Translations under genes and position numbers: made by a program
Shown here: positions 37,359 through 47,888 of the stretch, one piece after another
Numbering within the stretch: position 1 is the first letter of the stretch
How the letters are laid out: each line of letters begins with the position of its first letter
NCBI GenBank assembly: GCA_022729755.1
Contig: DZAZ01000001.1
Coordinates: forward strand, 1,823 to 65,822
From: Helicobacter cetorum
Lineage (GTDB): Bacteria > Campylobacterota > Campylobacteria > Campylobacterales > BB28
DNA: 64,000 nucleotides
Direction: 5' to 3'
Notes under the pieces: generated by a model
What the model saw: the letters and a program-made list of their open reading frames with translations, nothing else
Databases searched by the model: none
Told to the model about the DNA's origin: nothing

Positions 37359-38495
37359 CTAAGAAACTATTATTTTTTTGTGAATTTCATTAAATTCATT
37401 TAAATTTATATTTAATTCATTTGCTAAATTCTTAAATTCGCTAAAATTTGCATCTTCTAAAAATTTAATTAATTTTAAAAATTTACCCAATTTTCCGTCT
37501 TCTCTAAGTATTGCATATTTTATCTCATCTGGTAACACCATATGTGTTAAAATTTCCTCTTTTGAAGTTGAAAGTGCAACATCAATCAAGGATAAAAGCC
37601 CAACCATAAAAGCACTCTCTTTTTTATCGCTTAAGCTTTCCAAATATTTAGCTCTTTTTAGTGCCTCTTTTGAGAGAATATTCTCTTCAAATTTTTCTTT
37701 AGAATTCTCTTCGCTTGTGCCTTCTAAAAAAGTCAAAAACACAATCCATTTCTTAAGTGCATCTAAACCTAATAAAACAATTGCATGTTTAATGGAAGTT
37801 ATCTCTTTTCTAAGTGAAAGTAGTGGAGAGTTTAAAACACTTAAAAGTTGAAAACTAAGAGTTGGGGCTTGTTTAAAAATTTCAACAATTTCCTCAACTT
37901 CGGCATTTTGATTGATAAGTGAAAGAATTTTAAAAAGGCTCATTTCATCTGGTTTAATTCTTCTATCTACATCTATTGTTGGTTCTAAAAAGAAGTAACC
38001 TTCAAAATAGTTAAAACCTAACTCTTGACTTGATTTAAAATTTGTTTTTGTATTTGTATTTTTTGCTATTAATTTAGCTTTTGATGAGTTTTTCTTAAAT
38101 TTTGAAGAGTCTATTTTTATGAAATTTGCTAAATTTAAAAGTTCGCTTTCAATTTCCATATCATTAAAAGCTATTAAAAAACCGTTTTTATGGAGTAATT
38201 TTATTTTTTCACTTACATCTCTTGTAATTTGCATATCTAAATCAATTATAACTTTTTCTTTTGGTAATTTATTTATAAAAGAGTCTTCAAATAACATTTT
38301 ATTGTTAAATTTAATAAACAATTTTTTATCGCTTAATTTATCAATTATAAGAGATTCTAAAAATAAAAATATCTCTTTTGCAAACGATTCATTAAGTAAA
38401 TTAAAATTATTTTCAATTCCTCTAAAATTAATCTCATATCCAATTAAATTTATTTTTTCATCTACAATTGGTCTTTTTTCTATAAAAATATTCAT
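37359..38495 (-). CDS. Degenerate EAL-like plus HDOD domain signalling protein (YuxH/COG3434-like)
   Basis: 378 aa. The N-terminus RPIVDEKINLIGYEINFRG matches the QPI..GYELLFR start of EAL domains, but with EIN in place of EAL. The C-terminal HDOD block is LLSVLNSPLLSLRKEITSIKHAIVLLGLDALKKW. Confidence 0.7.
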   Translation of the reverse strand: MNIFIEKRPIVDEKINLIGYEINFRGIENNFNLLNESFAKEIFLFLESLIIDKLSDKKLFIKFNNKMLFEDSFINKLPKEKVIIDLDMQITRDVSEKIKLLHKNGFLIAFNDMEIESELLNLANFIKIDSSKFKKNSSKAKLIAKNTNTKTNFKSSQELGFNYFEGYFFLEPTIDVDRRIKPDEMSLFKILSLINQNAEVEEIVEIFKQAPTLSFQLLSVLNSPLLSLRKEITSIKHAIVLLGLDALKKWIVFLTFLEGTSEENSKEKFEENILSKEALKRAKYLESLSDKKESAFMVGLLSLIDVALSTSKEEILTHMVLPDEIKYAILREDGKLGKFLKLIKFLEDANFSEFKNLANELNINLNEFNEIHKKIIVS

Positions 38496-38584
38496 AGCAA
38501 TCCCTAAGGTTTTTAATTTTTTTGTATTTTAGCATATTTTCGCAAGTATAAATAAAAAGTGAATTGTCAGGAGTATGATAATAA

Positions 38585-38612
38585 AGAAAAAAAGAGGAAA
38601 AAGCTTTCCCCT
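38585..38612 (-). terminator. Rho-independent terminator after rplT
   Basis: On the minus strand, an 8-bp stem aggggaaa/tttcctct (one G-U pair) with loop gctt is followed by a T run. Confidence 0.55.
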
Positions 38613-38621
38613 TTCATTAAT

Positions 38622-38978
38622 TTACTTTATAGCATCTTTAGCTTTTTTTACGATAGTTTGAAATGTTGCATAATCATTCATAGCCATATCAGCTAAAATT
38701 TTTCTGTCTAATTCAATTTCTGCTAATTTTAAGCCGTGCATAAATCTTGAATAACTAATATCATTTAATCTACAACCTGCATTAATTCTAATAATCCAAA
38801 GTCTTCTAAAATCTCTTTTTTTAGCTCTTCTATCTCTGAAAGCATAGACTAAACTTCTCTCTAATTGCTCTTTAGCTTTTCTGTAGTGTTTTCTTCTACC
38901 ACTATAAAAACCTCTAGCTAACTTTAATATTTTTTTATGTCTTCTTCTTCTTACAATACCAGTCTTTACTCTTGGCAT
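38622..38978 (-). CDS. rplT: 50S ribosomal protein L20
   Basis: [26 protein letters not shown]-type N-terminus. Confidence 0.97.
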   Translation of the reverse strand: MPRVKTGIVRRRRHKKILKLARGFYSGRRKHYRKAKEQLERSLVYAFRDRRAKKRDFRRLWIIRINAGCRLNDISYSRFMHGLKLAEIELDRKILADMAMNDYATFQTIVKKAKDAIK

Positions 38979-39083
38979 AATTTCTCCTTATATTTACCTT
39001 TTTTTTATTTCAAGGTGTCAGACTTAGCTGAACTTTCCCTATTTGGGTCTTATTTTAAAAGTTAATTTAAATAGACTTAACTA

Positions 39084-39278
39084 TTAACCTTGACAAAGCA
39101 TTGTAGATACATTTTTCATATTTGCTTTATGTACATACTTTGATTCTTTTAAGCCTCTTTTTGTTTTAGAACTCTTTTTAGTTAAAATATGGCTTCTGAA
39201 AGCTGAGCCTCTTTTAATTTTATTTTTAGTGTTTCTAAATCTTTTTACCGCACTTTTAACACTTTTCATTTTAGGCAT
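39084..39278 (-). CDS. rpmI: 50S ribosomal protein L35
   Basis: [14 protein letters not shown]..., 64 aa and basic. Confidence 0.95.
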   Translation of the reverse strand: MPKMKSVKSAVKRFRNTKNKIKRGSAFRSHILTKKSSKTKRGLKESKYVHKANMKNVSTMLCQG

Positions 39279-39293
39279 AATAATCCTCCTTTC

Positions 39294-39833
39294 TTAAGAT
39301 TTACTTTTTTTCTTTTTAGGTAAAACTATCATATTTACATAACGTCCCTCTGCTTGAGGTGGTTTCTCCATTTCACCATACTCTTTTATCATTTCATAAA
39401 CGTGCAAAAGCACATTAACTCCTGCTTCAGGGTCGCCTATTTCACGACCTTTTAAGAAAACTCGAAATTTAACATGCTTTTCATCTTCTAAAAATTCAAC
39501 TGCATGTTTTACTTTATAATTAATATCGTTTTGGGCGATTTTAATAGATAGTTTTATCTCTTTTAATTCGACAACTTTTTGTTTTTTCTTTGCTTCTTTT
39601 TTCTTTTTTTCTTGTTGGTATTTGAATTTACCATAATCCATAACTTTACAAACAGGGGGTTTAGCATTTGGAGAAATTAAAACTAAATCAAGTCCCTCTG
39701 TCCTCGCTAACTTTAGTGCTTCTTGTGATGAAAGGATACCATATTGTACTCCCTCTTCCCCTATGCACCTAACTTCATCCAATCTAATATCTTCATTCAA
39801 AAGAACACCGTTGTTATCATTTTTTTTATTCAA
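39294..39833 (-). CDS. infC: Translation initiation factor IF-3
   Basis: Contains [18 protein letters not shown]...[23 protein letters not shown]. Overlaps the thrS stop. Confidence 0.93.
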   Translation of the reverse strand: MNKKNDNNGVLLNEDIRLDEVRCIGEEGVQYGILSSQEALKLARTEGLDLVLISPNAKPPVCKVMDYGKFKYQQEKKKKEAKKKQKVVELKEIKLSIKIAQNDINYKVKHAVEFLEDEKHVKFRVFLKGREIGDPEAGVNVLLHVYEMIKEYGEMEKPPQAEGRYVNMIVLPKKKKSKS

Positions 39834-41650
39834 AGATTACCCTCACTCATTTTCTCCTTTATTAAATTAAAAAACTCACTTTTATTTAATGTAGATTGTG
39901 TCCTATCTCTTCTATCTCTAATAGAAATGAGATTTTTTTCTACTTCTTCATCCCCTATAATAGCTACAATAGGGACTCTTTGTTTTTCAGCTAGTCTAAT
40001 TCTTTTATTTAAGCTATCATTTTTATCATAAACTTCACTATCAACTTCTATTAACATTAACTCTTTTTGAAGTTTTTTGCAATATTCATTATGTGTTTCA
40101 CTGATTGGTACAAAAATAATTTGTGTTGGTGCAATAAAAAATGGAAATTCACCAGCAAAATGCTCAATTAAAATTGCAATAAACCTCTCAAATGACCCAA
40201 GGATTGCACGGTGAATCATAACTGGACGAATTCTCTCATTTTGTTCATTTATATACTCTAAATTAAATCGCTCTGGCAAATTAAAGTCAAGTTGAATTGT
40301 ACCACACTGCCACTTTCTTTTTAATGCATCAGTTATTTTAATATCAATTTTTGGTCCATAAAATGCACCACCACCCTCATCAATTCCAAATTTTAAATTA
40401 TTTCCATCTAACGATTCGATTAAAGCTTTTGTAGCAATTTCCCAAATTTTACCATCGCCTATTGCTTTTTCAGGTTTCGTTGAAATTTCCATCTCATAAT
40501 TAAAGCCAAATTTAGACATGATTTTATCAATAAAATCGACAACTTCTAAAATATTCTCTTTGATTTGGTTTGGTGTGCAAAAAATGTGTGCATCATCTTG
40601 AGTAAATTCTCTAACTCTTAAAAGTCCGTGTAATACCCCACTTTTTTCGTGTCTGTGAACTATACCATACTCAAAAAATTTGAGGGGTAAATCACGATAA
40701 CTCCTCACACTATGCTCATATACTTTTATGTGACCTAAGCAATTCATAGGTTTTAGTGCATACTCACACTCTTCAGCAATATGAGTAAAATACATATTTT
40801 CACCATAATTTGCATAGTGTCCACTTGTTTGCCAAAGAGAAGATTTCAACATTTCTGGTCCACGAACTGGTTGGTAACCTCTTAATCTATGTGCTTTAAA
40901 TAAAATTTGCTCAAGCTTACTTCTAAGTCTTGCACCTTTTGGAAGCCATATTGCAAGTCCAGCTCCAGCTTCTTCATTAAAAGTAAATAAATCAAGCTCA
41001 TTCCCAAGTTTCCTGTGGTCTCGTTTTTTTGCTTCTTCAATCATAAATAAATAATCATCAAGCGATTCTTTGTCAGCAAAAGCAATTCCATAAATCCTAG
41101 TTAACATTTCTCTTTTTTCATCACCACCAATATATGCACCTGCAACTTTGGTCAATTTAAAGTATCTTGCAAATTTTGTATTTGGTAGATGTGGTCCACG
41201 ACAAAGGTCTTCAAAATCGCCTTGTTTATAAATTGAAACTTCACTACTATCAATTTTATTTAAAACTTCTAATTTTAAATCATCATTTGCAAATTTTTTT
41301 AATGCTTCATCTTTTGATATTGAATATTTCTCTATTTTATATTTTTTTGAAGATAAAGCTTTCATCTTTTTTTCAATTTCACTCAAATTATCTTCACTGA
41401 TTTTAGTGTTTACTCTGAAATCATAATAAAACCCATCCTGCACATTTGGACCAACAAAAAATTTAACTTCAGGATAAATTTCTTTTATAGCTTGTGCCAT
41501 TAAGTGAGCGGTTGAGTGCCTTATAATATTTAACGACTCGATTGAGTTATCAAAGTAGATTGCTTCCCCCTCTACATTTGAAACATCTAATGCAGTTTGT
41601 AAATCTATAATTTCATTTTGAAATTTTATTCCAATTTGCTCCAAAAACAT
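39830..41650 (-). CDS. thrS: Threonine--tRNA ligase
   Basis: 606 aa with [34 protein letters not shown] and GTIQLDF. Confidence 0.95.
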   Translation of the reverse strand: MFLEQIGIKFQNEIIDLQTALDVSNVEGEAIYFDNSIESLNIIRHSTAHLMAQAIKEIYPEVKFFVGPNVQDGFYYDFRVNTKISEDNLSEIEKKMKALSSKKYKIEKYSISKDEALKKFANDDLKLEVLNKIDSSEVSIYKQGDFEDLCRGPHLPNTKFARYFKLTKVAGAYIGGDEKREMLTRIYGIAFADKESLDDYLFMIEEAKKRDHRKLGNELDLFTFNEEAGAGLAIWLPKGARLRSKLEQILFKAHRLRGYQPVRGPEMLKSSLWQTSGHYANYGENMYFTHIAEECEYALKPMNCLGHIKVYEHSVRSYRDLPLKFFEYGIVHRHEKSGVLHGLLRVREFTQDDAHIFCTPNQIKENILEVVDFIDKIMSKFGFNYEMEISTKPEKAIGDGKIWEIATKALIESLDGNNLKFGIDEGGGAFYGPKIDIKITDALKRKWQCGTIQLDFNLPERFNLEYINEQNERIRPVMIHRAILGSFERFIAILIEHFAGEFPFFIAPTQIIFVPISETHNEYCKKLQKELMLIEVDSEVYDKNDSLNKRIRLAEKQRVPIVAIIGDEEVEKNLISIRDRRDRTQSTLNKSEFFNLIKEKMSEGNL

Positions 41651-41679
41651 ACCTTATAAATATTTAATTTGCTTTTTTA

Positions 41680-41754
41680 TGGTGGCCGTAACAAGACTTG
41701 AACTTGTGACCACTACCATGTCAAGGTAGCACTCTACCACTGAGTTATACGACC
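41680..41754 (-). tRNA. tRNA-Val (anticodon GAC), with encoded CCA
   Basis: The reverse complement is GGTCGTA TA ACTC AGTGGTA GAGT G CTACC TTGACAT GGTAG TGGTC ACAAG TTCAAGT CTTGT TACGGCC ACCA. It folds as a cloverleaf with a 7-bp acceptor stem and 75 nt total. Confidence 0.9.
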
Positions 41755-41791
41755 ATAAAACTGATTTTATCTAAAATTAAATTAAATTATC

Positions 41792-42412
41792 TTAAATTTT
41801 TCTTTTTGCAGGAACTCCAACTACTTTTGAATTATCCTCAACATCATTTATAACCACACTTCCTGCACCAATTATACAATTTTTACCTATTTTAATACCT
41901 TGAATAATACTACTGCCAATTCCAATATGGCTAAATTCATCAATTTTTACATCTCCAGCTAAAGACACATTTGGCGAAATATGTACAAAATCGTTTATAA
42001 TATTTTCGTGTTCTACAATACAAGCACTATTTAAAATGACACCTTTACCTATTTTTGCTTCAGAGTTTACAATAACACCAGCCATAATAACAGTCCCAAT
42101 TTCAATTTTTGCTCTTTTAGAAATAGTAGTATTTGGATGAATTAAAGTTGCTATTTTTATATTTTCACTCTCTAATTTATTGATAATTTTTGCTCTTATT
42201 TGATTATTTCCAATCGTTACTATTACTTGTATATTTGAAAAATTTTTTAAAAACTCTTCAAAAGTTATTGTGGTGTAATCAAATATCTCTTTTTTATTAT
42301 CATCGATAAAAGCAACTACTTTGTAATCTAATACTTCAGCAATTTCAGCGACAACCTTACCGTGACCACTTGCACCATAAATTGCGATTTGTTTCATTGT
42401 ATTTTTTAGCAA
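41792..42412 (-). CDS. NeuD/PglB-family hexapeptide-repeat sugar acetyltransferase
   Basis: 206 aa with IAIYGASGHGKVVAEIAE, followed by a left-handed beta-helix of hexapeptide repeats. Confidence 0.75.
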   Translation of the reverse strand: MLKNTMKQIAIYGASGHGKVVAEIAEVLDYKVVAFIDDNKKEIFDYTTITFEEFLKNFSNIQVIVTIGNNQIRAKIINKLESENIKIATLIHPNTTISKRAKIEIGTVIMAGVIVNSEAKIGKGVILNSACIVEHENIINDFVHISPNVSLAGDVKIDEFSHIGIGSSIIQGIKIGKNCIIGAGSVVINDVEDNSKVVGVPAKRKI

Positions 42413-42420
42413 AAAAGAGA

Positions 42421-44235
42421 TTAAATCTCTTCTGCTTTTTGAACATCATATAAAATATCATCCATTGGATGTCTATACATTGGCATTGCAAGTCGTTTTT
42501 CATCTAAAATATGTCCGATAAATCCAATAGTTCTACCAACAATAAAGAAAGCATTTAGTGCCCCAGCATCAATGAAAGTATCAATTTCTTCATTAGAATA
42601 GCCCAATGCTCTCCACATATCCACCATTAAAACACCGATTGTTCCATCAACATTTAAAATTAAATTATCTTTTTTACTTGTTGTTAATTTTTCAACTTCA
42701 AGTGCATAATTTAATAAAGAGGTCGCAGGGAAATTTTCAGCTACATATTTTTTAAGTCCACTAACTCTAAGGTCAGGATTTCTAACAGATTTAATTCTAT
42801 GTCCAATGCCTGGAACTGGAACTCCTTGTTTTTTCATATAATCAATAAATTCAGTTGGAGTTAAATTATTATCAAATCCATATTTAAAATATTTTGCCGC
42901 ATCATCAATTGCACCTCCAAATCTAGGTCCAATTGTAAGAAGTCCCGTTACAAGAGAACTAACTACATCTTTTCCAGCTCTAGCTGTAACTTTAGCATTA
43001 TGTGCTCCACTAACTGCTGGACCGTGGTCTGCCACTGTTTTTATCACAGTTTCAATAAAATTTGTAGCCCATTTTGGGTATCTCTTTTTAAACCATAATA
43101 AACTTACAACATCCCCAATTCCAAAACCAGTTTCAGGAGTTGCAACTGAACTAATAGGATAACCACAATAAGTAGCTTCATCGCCTCTATCATCAGAAAT
43201 TGTACAAATGAAATTTTTAGATTTCCTAACTGATGGTATTTTTTTAAGTTCAGGTTCAGCTATTTCGCTAATCACACCATCATTTTTAAGTTTTGTATAA
43301 ACTTCAGCTATTTTATTTGGTAAATCATTGAAACTTTTTGGTACATAAATTCCAGCTTCAGCCATTGCTCTATTTTTAGCCATTGCTGTTTCAGCTTCAG
43401 CATTTGCACTAGCTCCTGCATGACCAAATTGAACACTGCTTTCAAAATGTTGTGCAATTGTACCAATACACCAAGCAATAATTGGCTTTTTGATTTTTCC
43501 ACTTTTGATAGCTTCGATTACTTTGTACTCTTCAGTTCCACCAACTTCACCAAGTAAAACCATATATTTGACTTGAGGATTGCTCTCCATTCTTAGTAAA
43601 TTATCGATAAATACTGAACCAACAAATCTATCTCCACCGATTGCAACACCCTCAGCTATTCCATCAGCATTAATAGAAATTATATTACTAAGCTCATTAA
43701 ATAATCCACCTGAACGAGTTACAAGTCCACAACTTCCAGCTCTATGAAGTTTTGAATTGATAATATTTTCTATCGTTCCACCAACATTTGCAATTTTAAA
43801 AGCTCCTGGTGCTATTCCACCAACAGTAGCAGGTCCAATTACAGTTACTTTTTTATCTCTTGCATTTTGGTTCATTTTTCTTGCAAGTCTCTCTGGAATT
43901 CCTTCAGCAGTAATCATAATAGTTTTAAATTTATTTAACTCTAGTGCTTCCATTGTCACATCATAAGCCGTTCTAAAAGAAGCAAAATTTAAAAGTACAT
44001 CTGCATTTGGAAACTCTTTTACTGCATCTGTTGTATTTCTAAAAAGAGGTATCATAACCTCTTCGCCACCAAAGAAAAACTTTTCAAATTTATTGGTTGC
44101 AGTTGGTGCAACTATCGCAGCAACTGATGGTTTAATTCTATTGATAACATAATCATAATCTAGCATTCTTTGAATTGCACTAGCATTATTGTTCCAAAAA
44201 ATTGCTTGTGTCTCTTTTGTGAATAAAGCACTCAT
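42421..44235 (-). CDS. aclA: ATP-citrate lyase alpha subunit
   Basis: 604 aa with a CoA-ligase/succinyl-CoA-synthetase-alpha-like region (QFGHAGA phospho-His loop) and a citrate-synthase-like C-terminal half. Confidence 0.9.
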   Translation of the reverse strand: MSALFTKETQAIFWNNNASAIQRMLDYDYVINRIKPSVAAIVAPTATNKFEKFFFGGEEVMIPLFRNTTDAVKEFPNADVLLNFASFRTAYDVTMEALELNKFKTIMITAEGIPERLARKMNQNARDKKVTVIGPATVGGIAPGAFKIANVGGTIENIINSKLHRAGSCGLVTRSGGLFNELSNIISINADGIAEGVAIGGDRFVGSVFIDNLLRMESNPQVKYMVLLGEVGGTEEYKVIEAIKSGKIKKPIIAWCIGTIAQHFESSVQFGHAGASANAEAETAMAKNRAMAEAGIYVPKSFNDLPNKIAEVYTKLKNDGVISEIAEPELKKIPSVRKSKNFICTISDDRGDEATYCGYPISSVATPETGFGIGDVVSLLWFKKRYPKWATNFIETVIKTVADHGPAVSGAHNAKVTARAGKDVVSSLVTGLLTIGPRFGGAIDDAAKYFKYGFDNNLTPTEFIDYMKKQGVPVPGIGHRIKSVRNPDLRVSGLKKYVAENFPATSLLNYALEVEKLTTSKKDNLILNVDGTIGVLMVDMWRALGYSNEEIDTFIDAGALNAFFIVGRTIGFIGHILDEKRLAMPMYRHPMDDILYDVQKAEEI

Positions 44236-44253
44236 TGTCAGTTTCCTTTATTT

Positions 44254-44478
44254 TTATATTTTTATATCCATAGTTTGGTAAATAATTGGTTTGTAATTTG
44301 GAGTAGGAATAGTTTTATTTTCTGCACTCTTAAGCCAACTTTCTTTTGCTATTAAAACTTCTTTCAATGCAATTTCAGGAGTTTCGCCAAAAGCTGAACA
44401 AAATTTTAAATCTGGAACATCAGCAATATATCCCTCATCATCTTCACTATAAAATATATTTATATGATAATCTCTCAT
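44254..44478 (-). CDS. hicB: HicB-family antitoxin
   Basis: 74 aa. YHINIFYSEDDEGYIADVPDLKFCSAFGETPEIALKEV is typical of the HicB/UPF0150 N-terminal domain. Confidence 0.75.
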   Translation of the reverse strand: MRDYHINIFYSEDDEGYIADVPDLKFCSAFGETPEIALKEVLIAKESWLKSAENKTIPTPNYKPIIYQTMDIKI

Positions 44479-44481
44479 CTC

Positions 44482-44730
44482 TTACTCCTTGAACTCAAGA
44501 TTATATAACTCTATTAACTTTAAAAACTGCTTTACTTGATAAGGTTTAGCTTCATCTTTTACATTTTGAATATTCAAAATTTCATCTATTTTACTATGTA
44601 AAAAAATATGATGACTTCCACTTACTCTATCAAGTTTAAAGCCAAAAGATTGCAAAATCAAAACTAAGTCTGAAAACTTTACATTTTTTTGATTAGTAAT
44701 CAATCTATGTAAAAGTTTTCTTTTATTCAT
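44482..44730 (-). CDS. hicA: HicA-family mRNA interferase toxin
   Basis: 82 aa with LQSFGFKLDRVSGSHHIF (the HicA GSH motif). The toxin-then-antitoxin order is typical of hicAB. Confidence 0.7.
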   Translation of the reverse strand: MNKRKLLHRLITNQKNVKFSDLVLILQSFGFKLDRVSGSHHIFLHSKIDEILNIQNVKDEAKPYQVKQFLKLIELYNLEFKE

Positions 44731-46046
44731 TATTTTTCTAATGCCATTCTAACGATATCAGTTACATGAGTTTCTGGACCATAAACTTCAATATAAAGCC
44801 CAAGTTTATCAGCTGCCTCTTTTATATCTTTTAAGCCTTTTTCGTAGTTTGGACCGCCTCGTCTTACATAGATTCTAGTATTATGTGCTTTCATTTTTTC
44901 AGCATAAACTTCAAATGCTTGAATAATACCTGTGAAAGTTTTTGCAACATCAGTAAAGTTTGCAATTGCCCCACCAATGATTAAAATTTTATCTCTACCT
45001 TTTGGGTCTTTGTGTCTAGTCATAAGGTCAAGCACAGTTTCAGCATAAAATTTTGTTTCACCAGTTGTTGGTCCACCACTATACTCACCATAATTTGCTA
45101 AATCTTTTACACTTCCACTTAAATCTGCAATTGTATCAGCATACACAACACTAGCTCCACCTCCAGCAACCATTGTCCAAATTCTACCCATTGGATTGAG
45201 TACTGTGAGTTTTAAACTAGCTCCACTTTTTGAATCAGCTTCAGCAATAGCTTTTTCTTCAGGTGATTGGTCTTCCATTCCAAATGCTGTTGGATATTCA
45301 ATCTCACCCCATTTATCAGCCATCATAAATCCAGCTGTATCATCAAGTCTTGCAACTAAATCTAAAATGTGCATATCATTTCCAATCATAACAATTGGAT
45401 TAATTTCAAGATATGCAAAATTTAAATCTCTATAAAATTTATAAAATTGTTCTGCAAAAGTGATAAATCTCTCTTTATTTTGAGCAGGAATATCAGTTGG
45501 AACATTTGCTCTAATTAAATGCTGAATATCGCTATCATTTAATGTAATTGGAATTTTAACCTCTGTTACTTTTTCATTCCAACCCTCTTCTACTTCCATA
45601 CCACCTTCAGCTGACATATAAAGTACATCATCTTCACCGACAGTTGTAGCAGAAATATAATACTCTTGGTCTTGTGAGTGTGGAGTAAAAGGTTCAATTA
45701 TAAAATGAGTTAATTTACCTTTTTGACCTGAAAGCAAAATTGTATCGTGTGAGCTTTTTTCATCAATCCATTTTGCAGCAGTTTCTAAGTCTACATCTCC
45801 AGCTTTATCTTTTTTGAATAAAACTAAACCGTTTTTACCTCTTTTACCAAAAAGCATATCAGGTTTTGCAACAAGTGGTTCTTGTTTTAACCACTCAAAA
45901 CCGTGCTTATTAGCTAACTCTTTTAACTCTTTTCCACTTGATACAAGTACAGATTTAAATCCATAGTAAAAACCACTGAAATAATTTTCCCAATGTTTTG
46001 AGAACGTTGCTTTACCAGCATACTCTCTAATCGCTCTTTGAGCCAT
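44730..46046 (-). CDS. aclB: ATP-citrate lyase beta subunit
   Basis: ATP-grasp/succinyl-CoA-synthetase-beta-like. I prefer the ATG at 46046 (MAQRAIREYAGK) with an AAGGAG Shine-Dalgarno; the ORF track extends to 46115. Confidence 0.9.
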   Translation of the reverse strand: MAQRAIREYAGKATFSKHWENYFSGFYYGFKSVLVSSGKELKELANKHGFEWLKQEPLVAKPDMLFGKRGKNGLVLFKKDKAGDVDLETAAKWIDEKSSHDTILLSGQKGKLTHFIIEPFTPHSQDQEYYISATTVGEDDVLYMSAEGGMEVEEGWNEKVTEVKIPITLNDSDIQHLIRANVPTDIPAQNKERFITFAEQFYKFYRDLNFAYLEINPIVMIGNDMHILDLVARLDDTAGFMMADKWGEIEYPTAFGMEDQSPEEKAIAEADSKSGASLKLTVLNPMGRIWTMVAGGGASVVYADTIADLSGSVKDLANYGEYSGGPTTGETKFYAETVLDLMTRHKDPKGRDKILIIGGAIANFTDVAKTFTGIIQAFEVYAEKMKAHNTRIYVRRGGPNYEKGLKDIKEAADKLGLYIEVYGPETHVTDIVRMALEK

Positions 46047-46134
46047 ATTTTTGCTCCTTAAAACTTTTTCAAGATTGTAACATTTAGAGAAGTAATATCC
46101 ATAATAAAACTTCATTATTTATAAAAATAAATAA

Positions 46135-47319
46135 CTATTTGTGTATTTTAGTAACATAAAATTCATCATACTTTTGCTTAGTGTGAAAAATTGAAACTTT
46201 TTTACTATTTTCATTAGTTTTAACTTTGCTAAGTTGATAAAGATTTCCTTTTTTTATTCCATAAAATTTAAGTCTTAACATCATCTTTTTATCATTATAA
46301 TTTATTTCATAAACTCCAATTTTTTTTAAAGATTTAGCTAAATCTTTTGCTATGTGAAATTTATAAGCAAAATGTTTTTCTTTATCAAGAATATAATAAA
46401 GTGGCTTGTTATAGAACATAATTATGAAATTAATGCAAAGAGTAAAAATTAAAAAAATAAAGAGATAATGATAATTTTTTCTAAATTCAGGTAATCTAAC
46501 TTTATAACTTGATAAAAAAACTTTCACCATAAGTGGAGTTGTAATTACAATAAATGGAGCAAAATCTTGGATATTCATCTTTTGTCTAAAAGATAAAATA
46601 ATAGATAATATAAGTGCAGAAAATGATATAAACCAAAGTAGAGTTTTCTCTTCTTTTATTAAAATTCGATAAATTGAGTAAAAAAAGTATAAAAAAACAA
46701 ATGGTGAAAATATGGCTGAATATAGACCTAATGTGTCTAAAAAGTAACTTTTTGGTTTACCAGTACTTTCAAACCCAAAAATATAAATAGAGATAAAAAA
46801 TAAAATAAAAGAGTAAAAAAATAAAAATTTATCTTTTTTATAAAATGAGTAAAATAAAAGTGCTAAAAATAAAATTGCAAAAGAGTTATCAAAAAAGAGT
46901 AAAAACATTAAAAATAGATGCGAAATAACTCTAAAATTAAAAAAAGTATAAGCAAAAATAAGTATTAAAAATATGATAATATTGGCTTCACTTACGATTA
47001 AAGCAATGCTATTAACACCTGGTAATAAGGCATAAATCAAAAGTGATAAAAATCTATCTCTTTCATTTTTTAAAATATTTTTTGATAAATTGTAAAGTAA
47101 GATTAAATTAATTGTATGTAATAAAATAAACGGTAAACGAAGTCCAAAATCATTTTTTGCTATTAAATATGTAGAAAAATTAGTTATATAGTGAAGTAAA
47201 CCATTGCTTAAAAAATAAATTTTTGCTTCTTTGTAACTAATTGAAAGTTCATTTGTATAAAAAGAGAGAAATAAAAAGTTGAAAAAGATAAAAAGAGAAG
47301 TTATTAATCTATAATTCAT
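46135..47319 (-). CDS. Polytopic membrane protein, possibly an ArnT/PMT_2-like glycosyltransferase
   Basis: 394 aa with ~10 hydrophobic segments. FGLRLPFILLHTINLILLYNLSK...LSLLIYALLPGV resembles GT39/83-family N-termini. Confidence 0.4.
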   Translation of the reverse strand: MNYRLITSLFIFFNFLFLSFYTNELSISYKEAKIYFLSNGLLHYITNFSTYLIAKNDFGLRLPFILLHTINLILLYNLSKNILKNERDRFLSLLIYALLPGVNSIALIVSEANIIIFLILIFAYTFFNFRVISHLFLMFLLFFDNSFAILFLALLFYSFYKKDKFLFFYSFILFFISIYIFGFESTGKPKSYFLDTLGLYSAIFSPFVFLYFFYSIYRILIKEEKTLLWFISFSALILSIILSFRQKMNIQDFAPFIVITTPLMVKVFLSSYKVRLPEFRKNYHYLFIFLIFTLCINFIIMFYNKPLYYILDKEKHFAYKFHIAKDLAKSLKKIGVYEINYNDKKMMLRLKFYGIKKGNLYQLSKVKTNENSKKVSIFHTKQKYDEFYVTKIHK

Positions 47320-47888
47320 TTTATCTTTAAGAAATTTTCAAGCATTTTGTGACCATATTCGCTCATAATCGATTCAGGATGAAATTGAACTCCATAAATT
47401 TCATAATTATCTATCTCAATTGCCATAATTTCGTCATCATCATTACTTTTAGCGATAACTTTTATAATTTTTGGTAAATTATTTTGATTAACTACAAGTG
47501 AATGGTATCTTGTAGCAGTAAATTTTTCTGGAATATCATTAAAAATTTTTGAATTACTTAAGATGTCGATTTTTGAAGTTTTACCGTGCATTAAATTTTT
47601 TGCTCTTATAACTTCAGCCCCAAAAGCTTGAGCAATCGCTTGATGACCTAAACATATACCAAAAATAGGCTTAATTCCCTTAAAAGTATTTATAACTTCA
47701 AGCGATATCCCAGCCTCATTTGGAGTTGCAGGTCCTGGAGAAATTATAATTTTTTCAGGGTTTAATTTTCTTATTCCTTCAATGTCGATTTTATCATTTC
47801 TTACAACTTCTAAGTTAGCACCAAGTTCAAGGCAATATTGAACTATATTATAAGTAAAACTATCGTAATTATCTATCATTAAAATCAT
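47316..47888 (-). CDS. pabA: Glutamine amidotransferase component II of anthranilate/aminodeoxychorismate synthase
   Basis: 190 aa with MILMIDNYDSFTYN, GICLGHQ and the HPES triad. Confidence 0.88.
   Translation of the reverse strand: MILMIDNYDSFTYNIVQYCLELGANLEVVRNDKIDIEGIRKLNPEKIIISPGPATPNEAGISLEVINTFKGIKPIFGICLGHQAIAQAFGAEVIRAKNLMHGKTSKIDILSNSKIFNDIPEKFTATRYHSLVVNQNNLPKIIKVIAKSNDDDEIMAIEIDNYEIYGVQFHPESIMSEYGHKMLENFLKIK

Noticed and set aside
38979-39083. The 105-nt rpmI-rplT spacer could be an L20 autoregulatory leader.
   Set aside because: I found only short stems of 4-6 bp and a repeated taagtct heptamer. I recognise no 23S-mimic structure. In characterised systems the known L20 operators lie upstream of rpmI or infC, not here.
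44248-44737. The 8-mer TTATTTTT occurs at both hicAB junctions (44248-44255 and 44730-44737) and could be a target-site duplication.
   Set aside because: An 8-nt A/T-only match is expected by chance many times in a genome this AT-rich, so it is not evidence for transposition.
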